A stretch of 63,624 nucleotides of DNA, counting the filler, from Craspedostauros australis (Eukaryota): the NCBI GenBank assembly GCA_030167865.1. It is 13 parts of 13 records of this genome, joined end to end, with 100 filler letters (N's around TTAATTAATTAA, not from the genome) between each part and the next. Parts side by side here need not be neighbours in the genome. Positions count along the whole stretch, not along the records: positions 33,240 to 34,401 come from JALAGF010000086.1; positions 34,502 to 60,543 come from JALAGF010000087.1; 11 more parts are not named here. One strand, written 5' to 3'. The stretch's first letter is position 1. Each line of letters begins with the position of its first letter. The position numbers and the translations under genes are program-made. The notes beneath the pieces are model-generated. The model ran no database searches, had not been told where the DNA came from, and saw nothing but the letters and a program-made list of their open reading frames with translations. Below are positions 33,240 through 44,945 of this stretch, piece after piece.

Positions 33240-34401
33240 TCGACACCCTCGTGGAGCTCGTTCGGTCGTACGCTGTTCAACTCGATGGCCACGACGCCAA
33301 CAAGCCCAAGCCGCCGCGCCAGGCCAACAACACCGACCAGCGCAAGCAACGCGGGAAGGATAAGGACGACGGACCCAATCTCTGGAAGCCCAACAAGGAC
33401 TACAGCAAGGAGACACGAGAACGGCTGCCACGTGAGGAGTTCCAGAAGCTGTCGGATAAGCAACGCAGCGACTTCCTCCAAGCCCGGCGAGCCAAGTCNG
33501 GACGTGGTAAGAAGGACAAGCCTAGGCGTTCCGCCAACAACACCAACCGCAGTGGATCCACATCCAACCAGAACGACCAACAGGACACCCAGGCCAGCGA
33601 CAACGGTAGTAACAATAATGAGTCTAGTTCTACCGCCGGAACAGCAATCAACCGTATGCTTTCCAATGCCATGTCTAGCGCGTCCGGGGGCCCGCCGACT
33701 ACCCTCGTCATTGATGGTCGCACCTACACCTTGTCACACACGAACGTATCGTACAAGTTCAACAACACAAACGTGACTGTGCAAGGCGCATTAGTGGATG
33801 GAGGTGCGAACGGCGGTCTCGTTGGAGATGACATGCTGGTGATGGAGTCCACATCCAACCGTGCTGATGTTTCTGGAATCGGCGACGCAGAGATCAAGGA
33901 TCTGGCGCTGGTCACGGCCACCGCTGTCATCCAGACCACCTCAGGGCCGGTGATCGGTTGGTTCCATCAGTACGCCAACTACGGGANNNNNNNNNNNNNN
34001 NNNNNNNNNNNNNNNNNNNNNNNNNNNNNNNNNNNNNNNNNNNNNNNNNNNNNNNNNNNNNNNNNNNNNNNNNNNNNNNNNNNNNNNNNNNNNNNNNNNN
34101 TCATCCCGCTCACCGTGCGTCAAGGCCTCGCATACATGGACATGCACAAGCCAACTCAAGCAGAGCTAGACGATCTGCCACACGTGTTCTTCACCTCCGA
34201 CCAAGAGTGGGACCCATCTGTCCTGGACGGGGAGGCTGATCTGGACAACATCCCCGCGACCGAACGCGGCGAAGACGACGACATCGACATCACCATCTCC
34301 AAGTGCGTTCAGTACGCTCAATCCGCTGCAACGATCGGGGATGGGGAGAAGGCAATCAAGGCTGGGCCACGCAACATCGTGGGTAAAGCGCCCAACTTCC
34401 A
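33240..34401 (+). mobile_element. Ty1/copia (CoDi-like) gag C-terminus and protease fragment
   Basis: Open frame with GALVDGGANGGLVGDD, SGPVIGWFHQYA, GLAYMDMHKPT..ELDDLPHVFFTSDQEWDPSVLD; internal N gap. Confidence 0.85.
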
Positions 34402-35084
34402 NNNNNNNNNNNNNNNNNNNNNNNNNNNNNNNNNNNNNNNNNNNNTTAATTAATTAANNNNNNNNNNNNNNNNNNNNNNNNNNNNNNNNNNNNNNNNNNN
34501 NATCACATCAGCGCTCACCAAGAAAGAGAGCAACAGACACCAAACTTTAGTATTGTATATATAAACGCCATATGATGCTACAATATAAAGACGAGTACAG
34601 TAACACGCACACGAGCTAAGTCCGGAGAGTTTAACTTTGGTTGATGCTGTTGTTAGCCTTTTTTGTTCGGGACTTACGTAGAAAATGTACTACATTCTAC
34701 AGAGCAGTTTCTGTGATCCAAACATCGCCAAACATCGCCAATTTGTTTGGCTACAGCCGGCTCTTCGAGGCACTATTAGCAGCACACATTTAGGATGTCC
34801 CTATTGAAGAAACGTATGATTGAGATTGTCCCTCTATGAGACTTCATATGCTGTATGATGATCAATATTGGTGTGTACGGAATAAATGTGATTTATAGTA
34901 TAAATGAGAAAAACAAGAAAGTCATCAAACCAAATCCAAACGCAGTCTTGCGAGCACAAAGCGCAAAGCACCAGAAACATGAACACATACAAACACGCAA
35001 CAAACAGAAGGAGACGAAACACATCGGCTTACTCGTAGAGTGGCTCAACACGGGCGACAGTCCATGGCCACGCTCAGTACACAG

Positions 35085-35140
35085 GCCATCAGCCATCAGC
35101 CATCAGCCATCAGCCATCAGCCATCAGCCATCAGCCATCA
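35085..35140. repeat. Perfect 7-bp tandem repeat (GCCATCA) x8
   Basis: Direct reading; ends 62 bp before the ATG at 35203. Confidence 0.95.
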
Positions 35141-35202
35141 GTAGTCGCCTTCGCTGCTCTTGTTTGGTTGGATAAGATCAAGCTTGCGCCATCTAAGTCG
35201 AG

Positions 35203-38200
35203 ATGAACGCAATCCCCACAGCAGGAGCGACGTCAGCGAAGAACAACGGCGGCTCTTTGTTTCGAAGGACGAATAGGAAGGCGCAGCATGAGGGGCTTGT
35301 CCAGCCGGCATTGCCAGGTGGGACGCATGCCGCAAGCCGAGATGCAACAACGCCCACGAAGGAAAGCAGCAACGGTGGCGGAAACGGCAGGCATCGACGA
35401 CGATACGGCCTGTTCCCACGATGCAATCGTTCCTTCGCCATTTTCTTCTTCCTGTTCGTGATGGTCGGGTTAGTCAACGTCTTCATTGCTCACACTGGCA
35501 TGAATCAGATCAGAGCTGACGGTCTGCTGAGGTCCATGAGTTCGTCATTCACGCTGCCTTCATCGCTTTCATCGATGCCGCCTGCTTCGGTTGCGGAAAT
35601 TGCCAACCAGCTGACTAAGCTGAAGTCATCGACTGCCACCAACCATGCGTGCGATGGATACGACGGGGTCTACCACATCCGAATGGGCGACAAGGGCGGC
35701 GCGGCGGGCACCATATTCTTCCAGTTCGTCCTCGGCCAGATCATCTACGCAGAACGCAACAACCTCAAACCGTGGGTGCATCTGGACAATGTCAGCTACG
35801 TCATCTACGACAACGAGATCCATGCCGCTGGCGATGGCGTCTCCTTCTCCATGATGGATGGGATGACCGTCACCTGGGTGGACCGACCGAATGGTCATTG
35901 GAAGGATGCCAGTCCAGGCCGACCCGTTCTTGAGGATGGCCGCGAGTTGGTCCAGCAGAACTTTCACTTTGACGGCACGGGGGTTTGGGGGCATTACTTT
36001 GAACCCGTGTCGGATTTCGTTCCTGGCGATGCGTCCTGCAGGAACAAGCCACTGATCTCCATGTCACTCAAGCAAATCACGCCTGGAATCCACGGTTACT
36101 CGGACTGGGCCCCGCGCTGCTGGAGGTATCAGTACTTGCCTGACTATATCACGAAGCCATTCATCCCGCTGCAGGAATGGCTGGAACCGCAGCGCCATCT
36201 GGCCAACGACGTCCTGAAGAGGTACATCAAACTCCGGCCCGAGATCGAACGCAAGGCGTCCGAGATCAACCCATCATGTTCCATGCAGAATGCGTGCTTG
36301 GGATTGCACATCCGGCATTCCGACAAGGCGGCGGGACGGCGGCAAATCGAAACGTCCGAGTTCCTGCCGTACGCAACGGCCTTCCTTCGAGGGGGTGGAA
36401 AGTGGATATACCTAGCAACCGATTCCTCCAAGGTGCTGGATGAGATTGCGAAGGAGTGGCCACAGGAGGTGCAGGAACGACTCCGGACCATCGGTTCTGG
36501 CATCGTCCGGTCCTCCGACTTCAAGGCGGTCTTTGAGATTGCATCGCACCATCGCACGAACACGGAGATTCTCATCGAGATCCTCGCCTTGGCCAAGTGC
36601 CAGTTCATGGTCCACGGTCTGTCAGCTGTCACGGAGACCAGCGTCTGGATCAATGTCGACCTGCACTACACGTCCGTCAATTTGGAGGATCCCGATCGAC
36701 GCAGCGCGCAGCATTTTGCCAAGCTCGTCGCCGATGTCTTGAATGGCGCGAATGCCACGCAGCTTGTCCATGCCGAACGCTTTTCCAATTGGTGGAGGCA
36801 ATCAGGCATCGCACCCGGCCGTCTCAATTCTCCCACAACTAACAAGGCATGCGATGGATACAAGGGAGTTCTGCACATAGAATCAGTTGGAAAGGAAACG
36901 GCTGCCTCGGGTGGGTTCTTCGTCAGCGTGCTGAATCAGCTGGCGTTTGCAGAGCAGAACAATCTCACGCCATGGGTACATTTGAACGGCGATTCGTCAC
37001 GCATCTACGATGCGGAGTTCCATGGCCATACCGAAAGCGCAAGGGCGCTCGTCGAGTCCATGACGGATGGGTTGCGGGTGGTGGCGAGGATGCATGACTC
37101 CAACCACACCATGGTCTATCCATCCGAGATCATGCAGAGAGATGATGTGATGCCGACGGCACGCAAAGTATTTTCGCAAACTGATGGCATTTGGGAGTAC
37201 TACTTCCATCCAGTTTCAGATTTCGTTCCTGGCGACACGTCATGCGATGGAAAGCCGATCATCTCATTGACGGCTGATCAGGTATCGCTCGGTCTCAATG
37301 CCTGGTCTCCCAGCGCCATCCGAGCATGGAGGTACGATGACGTGCCTGAGGAGCTGTGGAATCCGAACAGCGCAGTCTCGCAACGCGAGTGGATGTCACC
37401 GATGAGGCTCAAGGCGCAGCGGCTGGTGGCCAAGTACTTCCAATTTCAGCCGCACATTCCGAACCGCGCACACGAGGTCAACCCGGTCCATGACGATTGC
37501 ATACCGTGCCTGGCAGTGCATTTGCGCAACTCGGACAAGAGCGGAGCGTACCGCGCCAAATTTCCTGCCAAGAACATGCGGGAGTACATGGAGGCCTTCT
37601 TGGAGGCGGGCGGTGAGACGATCTACGTTGCAGCGGATTCCAGCATCTCGCTGGAATTCATCGAGCAGCACTTCACCGCGAGAGTGCGGCAGGCCATTCG
37701 AACGCAGGGACCGTATGTTGTTCGCGGTTCCAAGTTCTTTGGAATCCACGATCTGGCTGGCAGCCACCGCACCAACACTGAAGTGCTGGTAGACATCGTC
37801 GCCATGTCCAAGTGCCAGTTCCTCCTGCACGGGTACTCGGCGGTGTCGGAGGCGGCGATCTACCTCAACCCGGCTCTACATGCAAACAGCATCAACATGG
37901 AGGTGGGCGATGAGATCATGGATGTGGAGGAGTTTTCGCGAACTGTGGGACAGCTGGTGAAACGTCCCGAATCGAAGTCGTGCCTGACAGCGGAAGAGCA
38001 GAAGATGACCCTCGTGAAGCGCGAGCAGTTGCTGAGCAGAGGCGCCGGCAACTTGACCATCCACAGGCACGGCGATCGGCCCTGCCGTCGCAACGCCATC
38101 GTTTTCCTGGCACAGAAGAAGCACTCGTCCTACAAGCGCGATAGCTTTGCCAATCTGCTGGAAGCGTTGCGTCTGCTGGAGGTGAATTACCTCTCCATCG

Positions 38201-39168
38201 ATAAGCATGCGGAGAACGCAGATGTCTTCATCTTTCACACTGGGGATTTCAACAGCACAGACCTGAAGGAGTTCCGAGCCTCGCTGACTCCGGCATCGAT
38301 GGAGGCAATCCACATCGTCGATATCTCGTTGTCGCGGTACTGGAGACGCCCGAGCTGGCACGAATTCGACGATCCACACAAGTGGTACGTGTATCCCCTG
38401 TTCTCGGAGGGCTACAGACGCATGATCCACTTCTTCGCCATCGACATTTGGAAATTCTTTGATGACTACAACCATCATATGGGATGCAACTACACCTACA
38501 TCATGCGGCTGGACGAGGACTCCTACATACATTCGAGGATCGAGTACGACCTCTTCGACTTCATGAACGATCATTCGTACGACTACGGCTACCGTTTGTG
38601 TGCCTACGAGATGGGCGTCGCGCTGCCGATCTGGGGCAAGTGGCAGGCCAAACGCGGCAGGAACATCCCCATCCACCGCAACATCGAGGGCGACATGTGC
38701 GGCATCTACAACAACTTCTTCATCGCCCGCGTGGGCTACTTCCTGAGCTGGCCGGTGAATTCGTTCCTCGGCTTCGTGGATCGTCAGGGGATGATCTACA
38801 GGAGGAGGCTGGGCGATCTGATGATCCATTCGATGGCTGTGTTCGCATTCGCACCGAAGGAAAGGGTGCACCGATTTCTGGACTTCACGTACGAGCACGG
38901 CACGCCCGATCAGATGACGGGATGCGTTGTTTGGGGTGGCATCCAGGCTGGTTACAAGGACACGAATGCCCGTGCCAACCTGATGAAGTACCATGACGAG
39001 AAGGTGAGCGCTCCAGGCTGCGACGTCAACATCACGTACATGAAGCCGCCGGATCTTTCCCCGAGCTACTCGCATCTGGTGGAGAACGGCGTGACCGATG
39101 AAGTCTCGTTGCACACCATCATGGTGGGTAAGGTGGAGCGCTTCGACATGGGCCAGCTCTCCGGTTGA
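35203..39168 (+). CDS. Type II membrane multi-glycosyltransferase: two tandem fucosyltransferase-like (GT23/NodZ-like) domains + C-terminal GT15 (KRE2/MNT1-like) mannosyltransferase domain, 1321 aa, intronless
   Basis: TM helix at ~35431-35490. Repeated ~400-aa unit with GLHIRHSDK/AVHLRNSDK, YLATDS/YVAADS and LAKCQF/MSKCQF. C-terminal GYRRMIHFF, YIMRLDEDS, IYNNFFI and GMIYRRRLGD. Confidence 0.88.
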   Translation: MNAIPTAGATSAKNNGGSLFRRTNRKAQHEGLVQPALPGGTHAASRDATTPTKESSNGGGNGRHRRRYGLFPRCNRSFAIFFFLFVMVGLVNVFIAHTGMNQIRADGLLRSMSSSFTLPSSLSSMPPASVAEIANQLTKLKSSTATNHACDGYDGVYHIRMGDKGGAAGTIFFQFVLGQIIYAERNNLKPWVHLDNVSYVIYDNEIHAAGDGVSFSMMDGMTVTWVDRPNGHWKDASPGRPVLEDGRELVQQNFHFDGTGVWGHYFEPVSDFVPGDASCRNKPLISMSLKQITPGIHGYSDWAPRCWRYQYLPDYITKPFIPLQEWLEPQRHLANDVLKRYIKLRPEIERKASEINPSCSMQNACLGLHIRHSDKAAGRRQIETSEFLPYATAFLRGGGKWIYLATDSSKVLDEIAKEWPQEVQERLRTIGSGIVRSSDFKAVFEIASHHRTNTEILIEILALAKCQFMVHGLSAVTETSVWINVDLHYTSVNLEDPDRRSAQHFAKLVADVLNGANATQLVHAERFSNWWRQSGIAPGRLNSPTTNKACDGYKGVLHIESVGKETAASGGFFVSVLNQLAFAEQNNLTPWVHLNGDSSRIYDAEFHGHTESARALVESMTDGLRVVARMHDSNHTMVYPSEIMQRDDVMPTARKVFSQTDGIWEYYFHPVSDFVPGDTSCDGKPIISLTADQVSLGLNAWSPSAIRAWRYDDVPEELWNPNSAVSQREWMSPMRLKAQRLVAKYFQFQPHIPNRAHEVNPVHDDCIPCLAVHLRNSDKSGAYRAKFPAKNMREYMEAFLEAGGETIYVAADSSISLEFIEQHFTARVRQAIRTQGPYVVRGSKFFGIHDLAGSHRTNTEVLVDIVAMSKCQFLLHGYSAVSEAAIYLNPALHANSINMEVGDEIMDVEEFSRTVGQLVKRPESKSCLTAEEQKMTLVKREQLLSRGAGNLTIHRHGDRPCRRNAIVFLAQKKHSSYKRDSFANLLEALRLLEVNYLSIDKHAENADVFIFHTGDFNSTDLKEFRASLTPASMEAIHIVDISLSRYWRRPSWHEFDDPHKWYVYPLFSEGYRRMIHFFAIDIWKFFDDYNHHMGCNYTYIMRLDEDSYIHSRIEYDLFDFMNDHSYDYGYRLCAYEMGVALPIWGKWQAKRGRNIPIHRNIEGDMCGIYNNFFIARVGYFLSWPVNSFLGFVDRQGMIYRRRLGDLMIHSMAVFAFAPKERVHRFLDFTYEHGTPDQMTGCVVWGGIQAGYKDTNARANLMKYHDEKVSAPGCDVNITYMKPPDLSPSYSHLVENGVTDEVSLHTIMVGKVERFDMGQLSG

Positions 39169-39266
39169 TTAAGAAGACGTGGAGGAATTGACTTGAATTG
39201 AATAGAGCAGGTATGCACTGTATACTCGTAGAACAGAGTAGAGCGGTAACTAAACAATCTTTTCGC

Positions 39267-40601
39267 TCAGTCCTCCCCCTCCAGATAGTACTGAGGCCTT
39301 GAATTGCGACCAGCGCTGCGTGGCGAGGCATACAGGTTGTCCTCTTCGAGACCTGATTCAGATTCAAAGATGTCAAAGATCTCGTCATCCTCGGCGAGCA
39401 GTGCCTCCATCTCAGGCCGGTTCAAGTACGGGTAGTCGCCGACCCAGCAGCCAGCGTCCGGTATCATGACGTCGGTGAGGCCGGCGAGGTTGGAGAACGA
39501 TGTGAATGGGCTCAGCAGGATGCAAAGGACGGGCATGCCAGGGAATATTTCCAGGTACTGCTCCATCATGCGCGTGTGCACCTGCAGCTCCCTGCCCTGC
39601 GTGTCAATCAGGTTGAGCCGCAGCAGATACGGCGTCCCCGCCCACCTCTTGTACTCGTCGGCGTTGACATCATAGTCGGCAAACTCGTCAAGGTCGTACT
39701 GCACACGTGACGTCTCTTCCTCGACGATGCAGACATTGTTGACCCTGCCGACGTAGAGCGATCCGTACAGACCAGGGCTGGTGCGTCGCGCGGTTCCGTC
39801 GTCGTAGCTGAAGTCGTTGAATCCATCGTAGTATGCGTCATCGCTGGGGTCGCTTCCATCCGAGACCCACGGATCCACGAGCTCTCGTCCTGCCAACAGC
39901 TGCCAGTTGCGCTGACGCGCCTTCAACTCGGGCGACAGTATACCGTAGAATGCAAACAGACCGCCCATGAGCGTCGCCACGAAGCTTCCAAGGACGAAGC
40001 TGAGGAAGTAGCAGAAGATGACGCCGAGGAAGCTGATGGAGGCAGACTCTAGCAGCTGCTCGAAGCGATCTTGCTTTGGAGTACGAGTATTTGCAGCATC
40101 GAGTTGTGTGTGCGTGTGTGTAAGGTTGCATACAAGGTCATGGTTGTGTGAGAGGTATATGAGTACATTGGAATAGAATAGAATAGATGACATAGAATGA
40201 AGCAGCACAAGAGACTACGACGGATTGGATGATGGCGTGAAGGTGCGCAGCATAGGCCATAGTACTCTACCAATAATCTAAGTTCGCATGGATCCGCTCA
40301 CCTTGGATATCCCCCAGTACGCCCCGTATTGATCTCCGGATGGAGTGCCCGTGACGAGGTACCGCTCGAGCTCATCGACAGGCAATGGGACGAGGGCCAT
40401 GCCCTGCCGGAATGTTGCCTGGCGTTGCTGACATCGGGAACACGATTTGACGAAGCCATCACGGATGCGCCCCTTCCCAACAGCGGATGTTGCTGGAGTC
40501 CATGGGATGAAGCCACTGCAATTCGGAGGCGTGCATAGCAGCAGCAGAAGTAGAAAGAGGGGAGAGATCCGCCGCTTCGACGTCAAGGACATCATGTTCA
40601 T
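39267..40601 (-). CDS. Plastid-targeted membrane protein of unknown function (resembles a conserved cyanobacterial hypothetical family), ~368 aa; exons 40601..40302, 40073..39267
   Basis: Signal peptide ending CSG|FIP, then LVPLP...QYGAYWG, two TM helices and C-terminal WVGDYPYL. GTGAG donor; the acceptor position is inferred. Confidence 0.75.
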
Positions 40602-40732
40602 GGTCGGGGCTCAGTGATGGGATTGTGAACATGGACAATTGCGGTTGCGTGGGCGGGGCGATTGTTGGTGCGAAGCATGGTTAGCCATCAATCGCCTGAA
40701 TGAACTTCTTATGATCGCCGTTTCACAACAGC

Positions 40733-40804
40733 GTCTCCTTGGTCTAGAGGTATGATTTCTGCTTTGGGTGCAGAAGGTCCCGGGTTCGATTCCCGGAGGG
40801 GACC
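40733..40804 (+). tRNA. tRNA-Pro(TGG)
   Basis: Acceptor GTCTCCT/AGGGGAC, anticodon arm TCTGC-TTTGGGT-GCAGA, T arm CCGGG-TTCGATT-CCCGG, downstream TTTT. Confidence 0.96.
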
Positions 40805-41327
40805 CTCTTTTGTTTTAGCTGAAGCCAACTTCGCGGAAATGTTGAGCTCCCTTTCATCACTCTGCCCGAGCGTTCATCCAAACAGTCTGTCTCTTTTGTC
40901 ATCGATCGACGAGAACCAGAGATGTTGCCATGCACTTCCGAGAGCCCCGCAACGTGGTTTCCTCGAAGGAATCCTTTTAGTTGGAGGCATCCAAACTACT
41001 GAGGTTGCACAGTTGCTATCAAACGACGCAGCATTCATCTCATGAGATGCCGCTTCCGTCCCGGGACTGTGGCGTCGACAAGGCTGAAGGGAGGGAACAG
41101 CACCTGGAACTTCTCACCGCAACCCTGACGCGAAGATCTGAAAAGGTTTACTCCATGAGATCTGCGGTCCTATTCGCACGAATCATTCATGCTCAATTCC
41201 TCTACATGTCCTGACACAAACAAGCACAGCACAACGATTGTCATTGAAATGGAGGACCAGGAAGGCAAAACGCAACAAAACCGCCATCTTGATTCTTGTA
41301 CCGAAAAAACGCACATTTTGTGAACGA

Positions 41328-41413
41328 GCATCTATGGCCGAGCGGTCTAAGGCGTTGGGCTTAAGACCCACTGTACACACCAGTACGCGAGGGTTCAAAT
41401 CCCTCTGGATGCA
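41328..41413 (+). tRNA. tRNA-Leu(TAA)
   Basis: Acceptor GCATCTA/TGGATGC, D arm GCCGAGCGGTCTAAGGC, CT-TAA-GA loop, long variable arm, T arm GAGGG-TTCAAAT-CCCTC, downstream TTTT. Confidence 0.95.
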
Positions 41414-41684
41414 CTTTTCGCTTTTGGTCAGCTTGTTTGACTCATTCGATTGCTTTTTCCATCTTCCTGCCCACGTTTCCACAGAGATAGCAATGTGGGA
41501 GCGCTGCCGGTACGCACTAATCATCATGGCAAAGCGTGTCGAGAAACAGGCCTCGGAAGACAGCAGACTGCTCTATATTACGAGTACTCATGGTCCATCT
41601 ACCGTACGTGTATGCATACGAAGTAGTCGAAAGATGCGATTGAACCATAATTCCAAAGCCTAAATCATCAAGATGATTGCTGCA

Positions 41685-42644
41685 TCACAGGTATCGCCTC
41701 GTCTCGAAGAACTTCCTCCAGTACAGCACTTGCCCTGTCGCAATTCCCATCACCAAAAGCATCTCGAGTATGCTCCACCGCTGGATGCGAGACAGAATGG
41801 ACAACGTTAGCGCTTCGTACTTTCCTTCTCTGTTGCGCATGAAGTCGAAGTGATCCTGCAGCAGATCCCACTCATCCGTTAGCGTGCGGGCCGTCCGCAT
41901 CACACGCATCACGCGATCGCTGTCCGGACCCGATTCGTCCTCTGGGAGGTTGCGGAGAATCGATCCCACCCGCAGATTGAATCCGATCTGCATCGCTCCT
42001 GTCTCTTCTGCTCTATTTCGGTTCTGGAAGCAGAGGGAGTACTTCTCCGATCCCTCTGTCTCGAACAGGAAGAGTCCCTGAGTGCGTCCCCTCGGTCCCT
42101 CCCACACAACATGCCCCGTGCGCGTTTCGAGCAGCACGACCTTCAAATCGTCTGGATTCATGTCATCGTCCACGACATCGTAGGTTCCGCTGTGAATCGT
42201 TGTTGCCGTTCCGCAGGATGGATGCCCAATGTTGGTGCAGTGTTCAATGTCGACAGTGCGTTGGAATGAGGTTGTGAGAGGAAGGGATGGGCTGCGTGCG
42301 CAGTTTACGAAGTATCGTAGAGCATACTGCACTGCAACACAATGCAATCAATACAGCATGAGCAGGAGTATATAGAGTACACCTCCATTTCGCTTCATTT
42401 CACTTCCACCAACATGAAGCGCTGAAAGATGCAGCAAACGTCATCATCATGATCATCATCTTGGTCACGCAGATGCGCAGATTCTCACGTACGCCAGATT
42501 GACAGCCCATGCTGGTGTGACCACGTGATAGCATTCTTCCGACTTTGGGTTGACGCTGATTGTGTAGGAGGCGTCTATCGTTGGCAGCATCGCCAGCACC
42601 ACGACGATGGCAGAGCAAATACGCGATATCATCGTCGTAATCAT
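41685..42644 (-). CDS. emp24/gp25L/p24 (GOLD domain) cargo receptor, ~218 aa; exons 42644..42493, 42189..41685
   Basis: Signal peptide, ISVNPKSEECY, KYSLCFQN, coiled coil FMRNRE, TM helix and tail GQVLYWRKFFETRRYL; in-phase GT..AG intron. Confidence 0.92.
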
Positions 42645-43586
42645 CTTGACTTGCTTGCGATTGTTGATTGATTGCCGATTGCGCTCCGGTTCGCCGCGAC
42701 TTTTTGTGGTGGTGCGGCGTCTCTCTTGTCTTTCTTCGCCATCAGTCTCTGTCGCGGTTTGGGTTTGGGTTCTTGTTGGTGTCGTTGTTGGATCTTGTTC
42801 TCCTTGTTGTCTCCGCCCAGCCAAAACAGAGAGAGAGGACACGGTCATCTTGTGTGTGCGAGTGTCGAGATCCAAAAGAGCCTTTTTCAGTACACCCAGA
42901 TGCCGTGAGAAATATCGAGATCGTTCACGACGCGACAGAGGCTTCCAATCGATGTACCCTACGAGCTACATTCATGACCTACGAATATATAGAGAGAGGC
43001 CGTAGAAAGAGTCCGACAACCAAGAAGAATACTATTTATGAAGCATGTGTAGTGAATGCTCCGTGCTAGAGTATACTACTCTCCTGAATTCCTGACAACG
43101 CCACGACCTGTTCTCGATTAGTGCTGCCCTTTGCTGGTTCGTTCATCGGAGAGCTGATCTTCTTCCATCCATTATTGTGGACTTGGGCATGGTATGTTGA
43201 TCTTGTGCTAGTTTGTGGGACACAGCCTTGAGCGTTCAGAGTGGATGCGGCATCCATGCAATAATGCATCCGATTCATGAAGCTTCCTTCTCGGATCGTT
43301 GTCTCAGGGATGGTAACTGTGTGCATTCCAAGGCTTCCCGACTTCTGTACTCACCAGAATCCCTGCTGTGTGGATATTTGTACTCGTACGTCCCATGCTT
43401 ATATCCATGCCCACGCTCGTTGATGTCCTGTACATCCTCGCACAGTCAGCATCACTCGACGATATCGTGTGACAAATGGACATGCGATTGTTTTGCTGCT
43501 TCGCTTCTTTGCGGATGAACGGTATCCACTGTCACAGGTGGATCAACATCGCAGGACGCGCAAAATCACCCCGACAGTGAACTTGT

Positions 43587-44320
43587 TTACTCCTGTGCAG
43601 CATCTCCACCAGACGCAGCAGCCTCCGCCTCGAGCTTCTCCTGATGCTTTTTGTACTGTTGGTATCTTGGAGCGATTTCGACATTGAACGAACCGACTCC
43701 CACGTATCCGATGAAAGCAAGCAGAGTGGCGAACTGTGCGCCGACGCGTGCTCTCATCATCTTCTGCGCTCGTCTTGTTTCGCGATTCTGGAAGGACTTG
43801 ATGCCGGATCCCAGGAAGTACACTGTGGCGATGCATCCGATGGGCACCAACGGTTGCTTGGTGAACTGATGGTATTCATTTGCGGCGGTGTTGTTGTCAG
43901 TGTTGTCAGCAGTGTCGTTGTTGCGATGATGAAATTGGTGTAATGCGAAGCAATCCGATCAAGGGATGGAGTTGACGATGGTGATGGATGTGAGGTTGTC
44001 ATCTGTGGTGAATGATAGCGTGCATGCCAATACTCTGTGTGCAGTTTGTCCAACACGCGGATCATGGAAACACTGCACTGAACTGTATTGCATAGCACAT
44101 TGGAATGCAATGATATGCCATACAATGTGCTTCCCGTAAGATGTAGCGTCAACGAACATACCTTGTCAAAGAGCTTCTCATCAAATGATTTCTGCCGCTC
44201 CATGGAGGGTGGCTTTGCGATGTAATCCTCCGGATTGTACGGCGCTTTGGATGGGTCGTTGCTTTGGCATTTGGTGGTGTTGGTGGTGGTTCCACCAAAC
44301 GTGCTCTGAATTGATCCCAT
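43587..44320 (-). CDS. HIG1-domain mitochondrial protein (Rcf1/HIGD-like), ~145 aa; exons 44320..44162, 43865..43587
   Basis: EKLFDK|FTKQPLVPIGC..T..L..G and QKMMRARVGAQF HIG1 motif; GTATGT..CAG intron. Confidence 0.92.
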
Positions 44321-44945
44321 GGTGCGCTGCTCTTCTTCTACTACTCTGCGTATTCTATGGTCTGGCCCTTTGTTTGCGTTTTGTCCAGATGCTGAAATGC
44401 TTCTTGCGTTGCTGTGCGTGCTTGTGTGTCTTCAGATGCGGAGGGCGGGTGTTGACTCATTTGTGAGGGTGGAGTCCGGCGACGAGGATGTGGTTGATGT
44501 CTGTGACGTGTTTGACACGCATTTCTTCTGTTGCTTGTTTGGGCAGAACTGTTCTGATGTTGGCGACACGTTGTCTCGTGATGGAATTTGTCAATCAAAC
44601 GCTTCTCCCGATCTGGCCGACCCGACCACGAATTACACCAGTCGGACTTGTCAACACGCTCATTATTTCAGGGTGGACATCTCCACAAACCGCAAGGAGG
44701 GAGCTCGAGATACGTCACGAGTGTTCTATGTACCTATGGTACTCCACTCAACTTCATTGAAGATGTACCAATGATACTATGCCCAGAATTCGTTGTTGTT
44801 GCTGCTTTCCTTCTGCTATTGTGGCTCTTGACTAGGGAGTTGAGTAGTATTGTTTAGTATTGGATTTGTGCATGTTCCTGTTCGGATGTTTTGTTTTGTT
44901 CGGTTGCTTGTGTGCTTGATTCTCACCGAGTTGCTGTGCTCTGCT

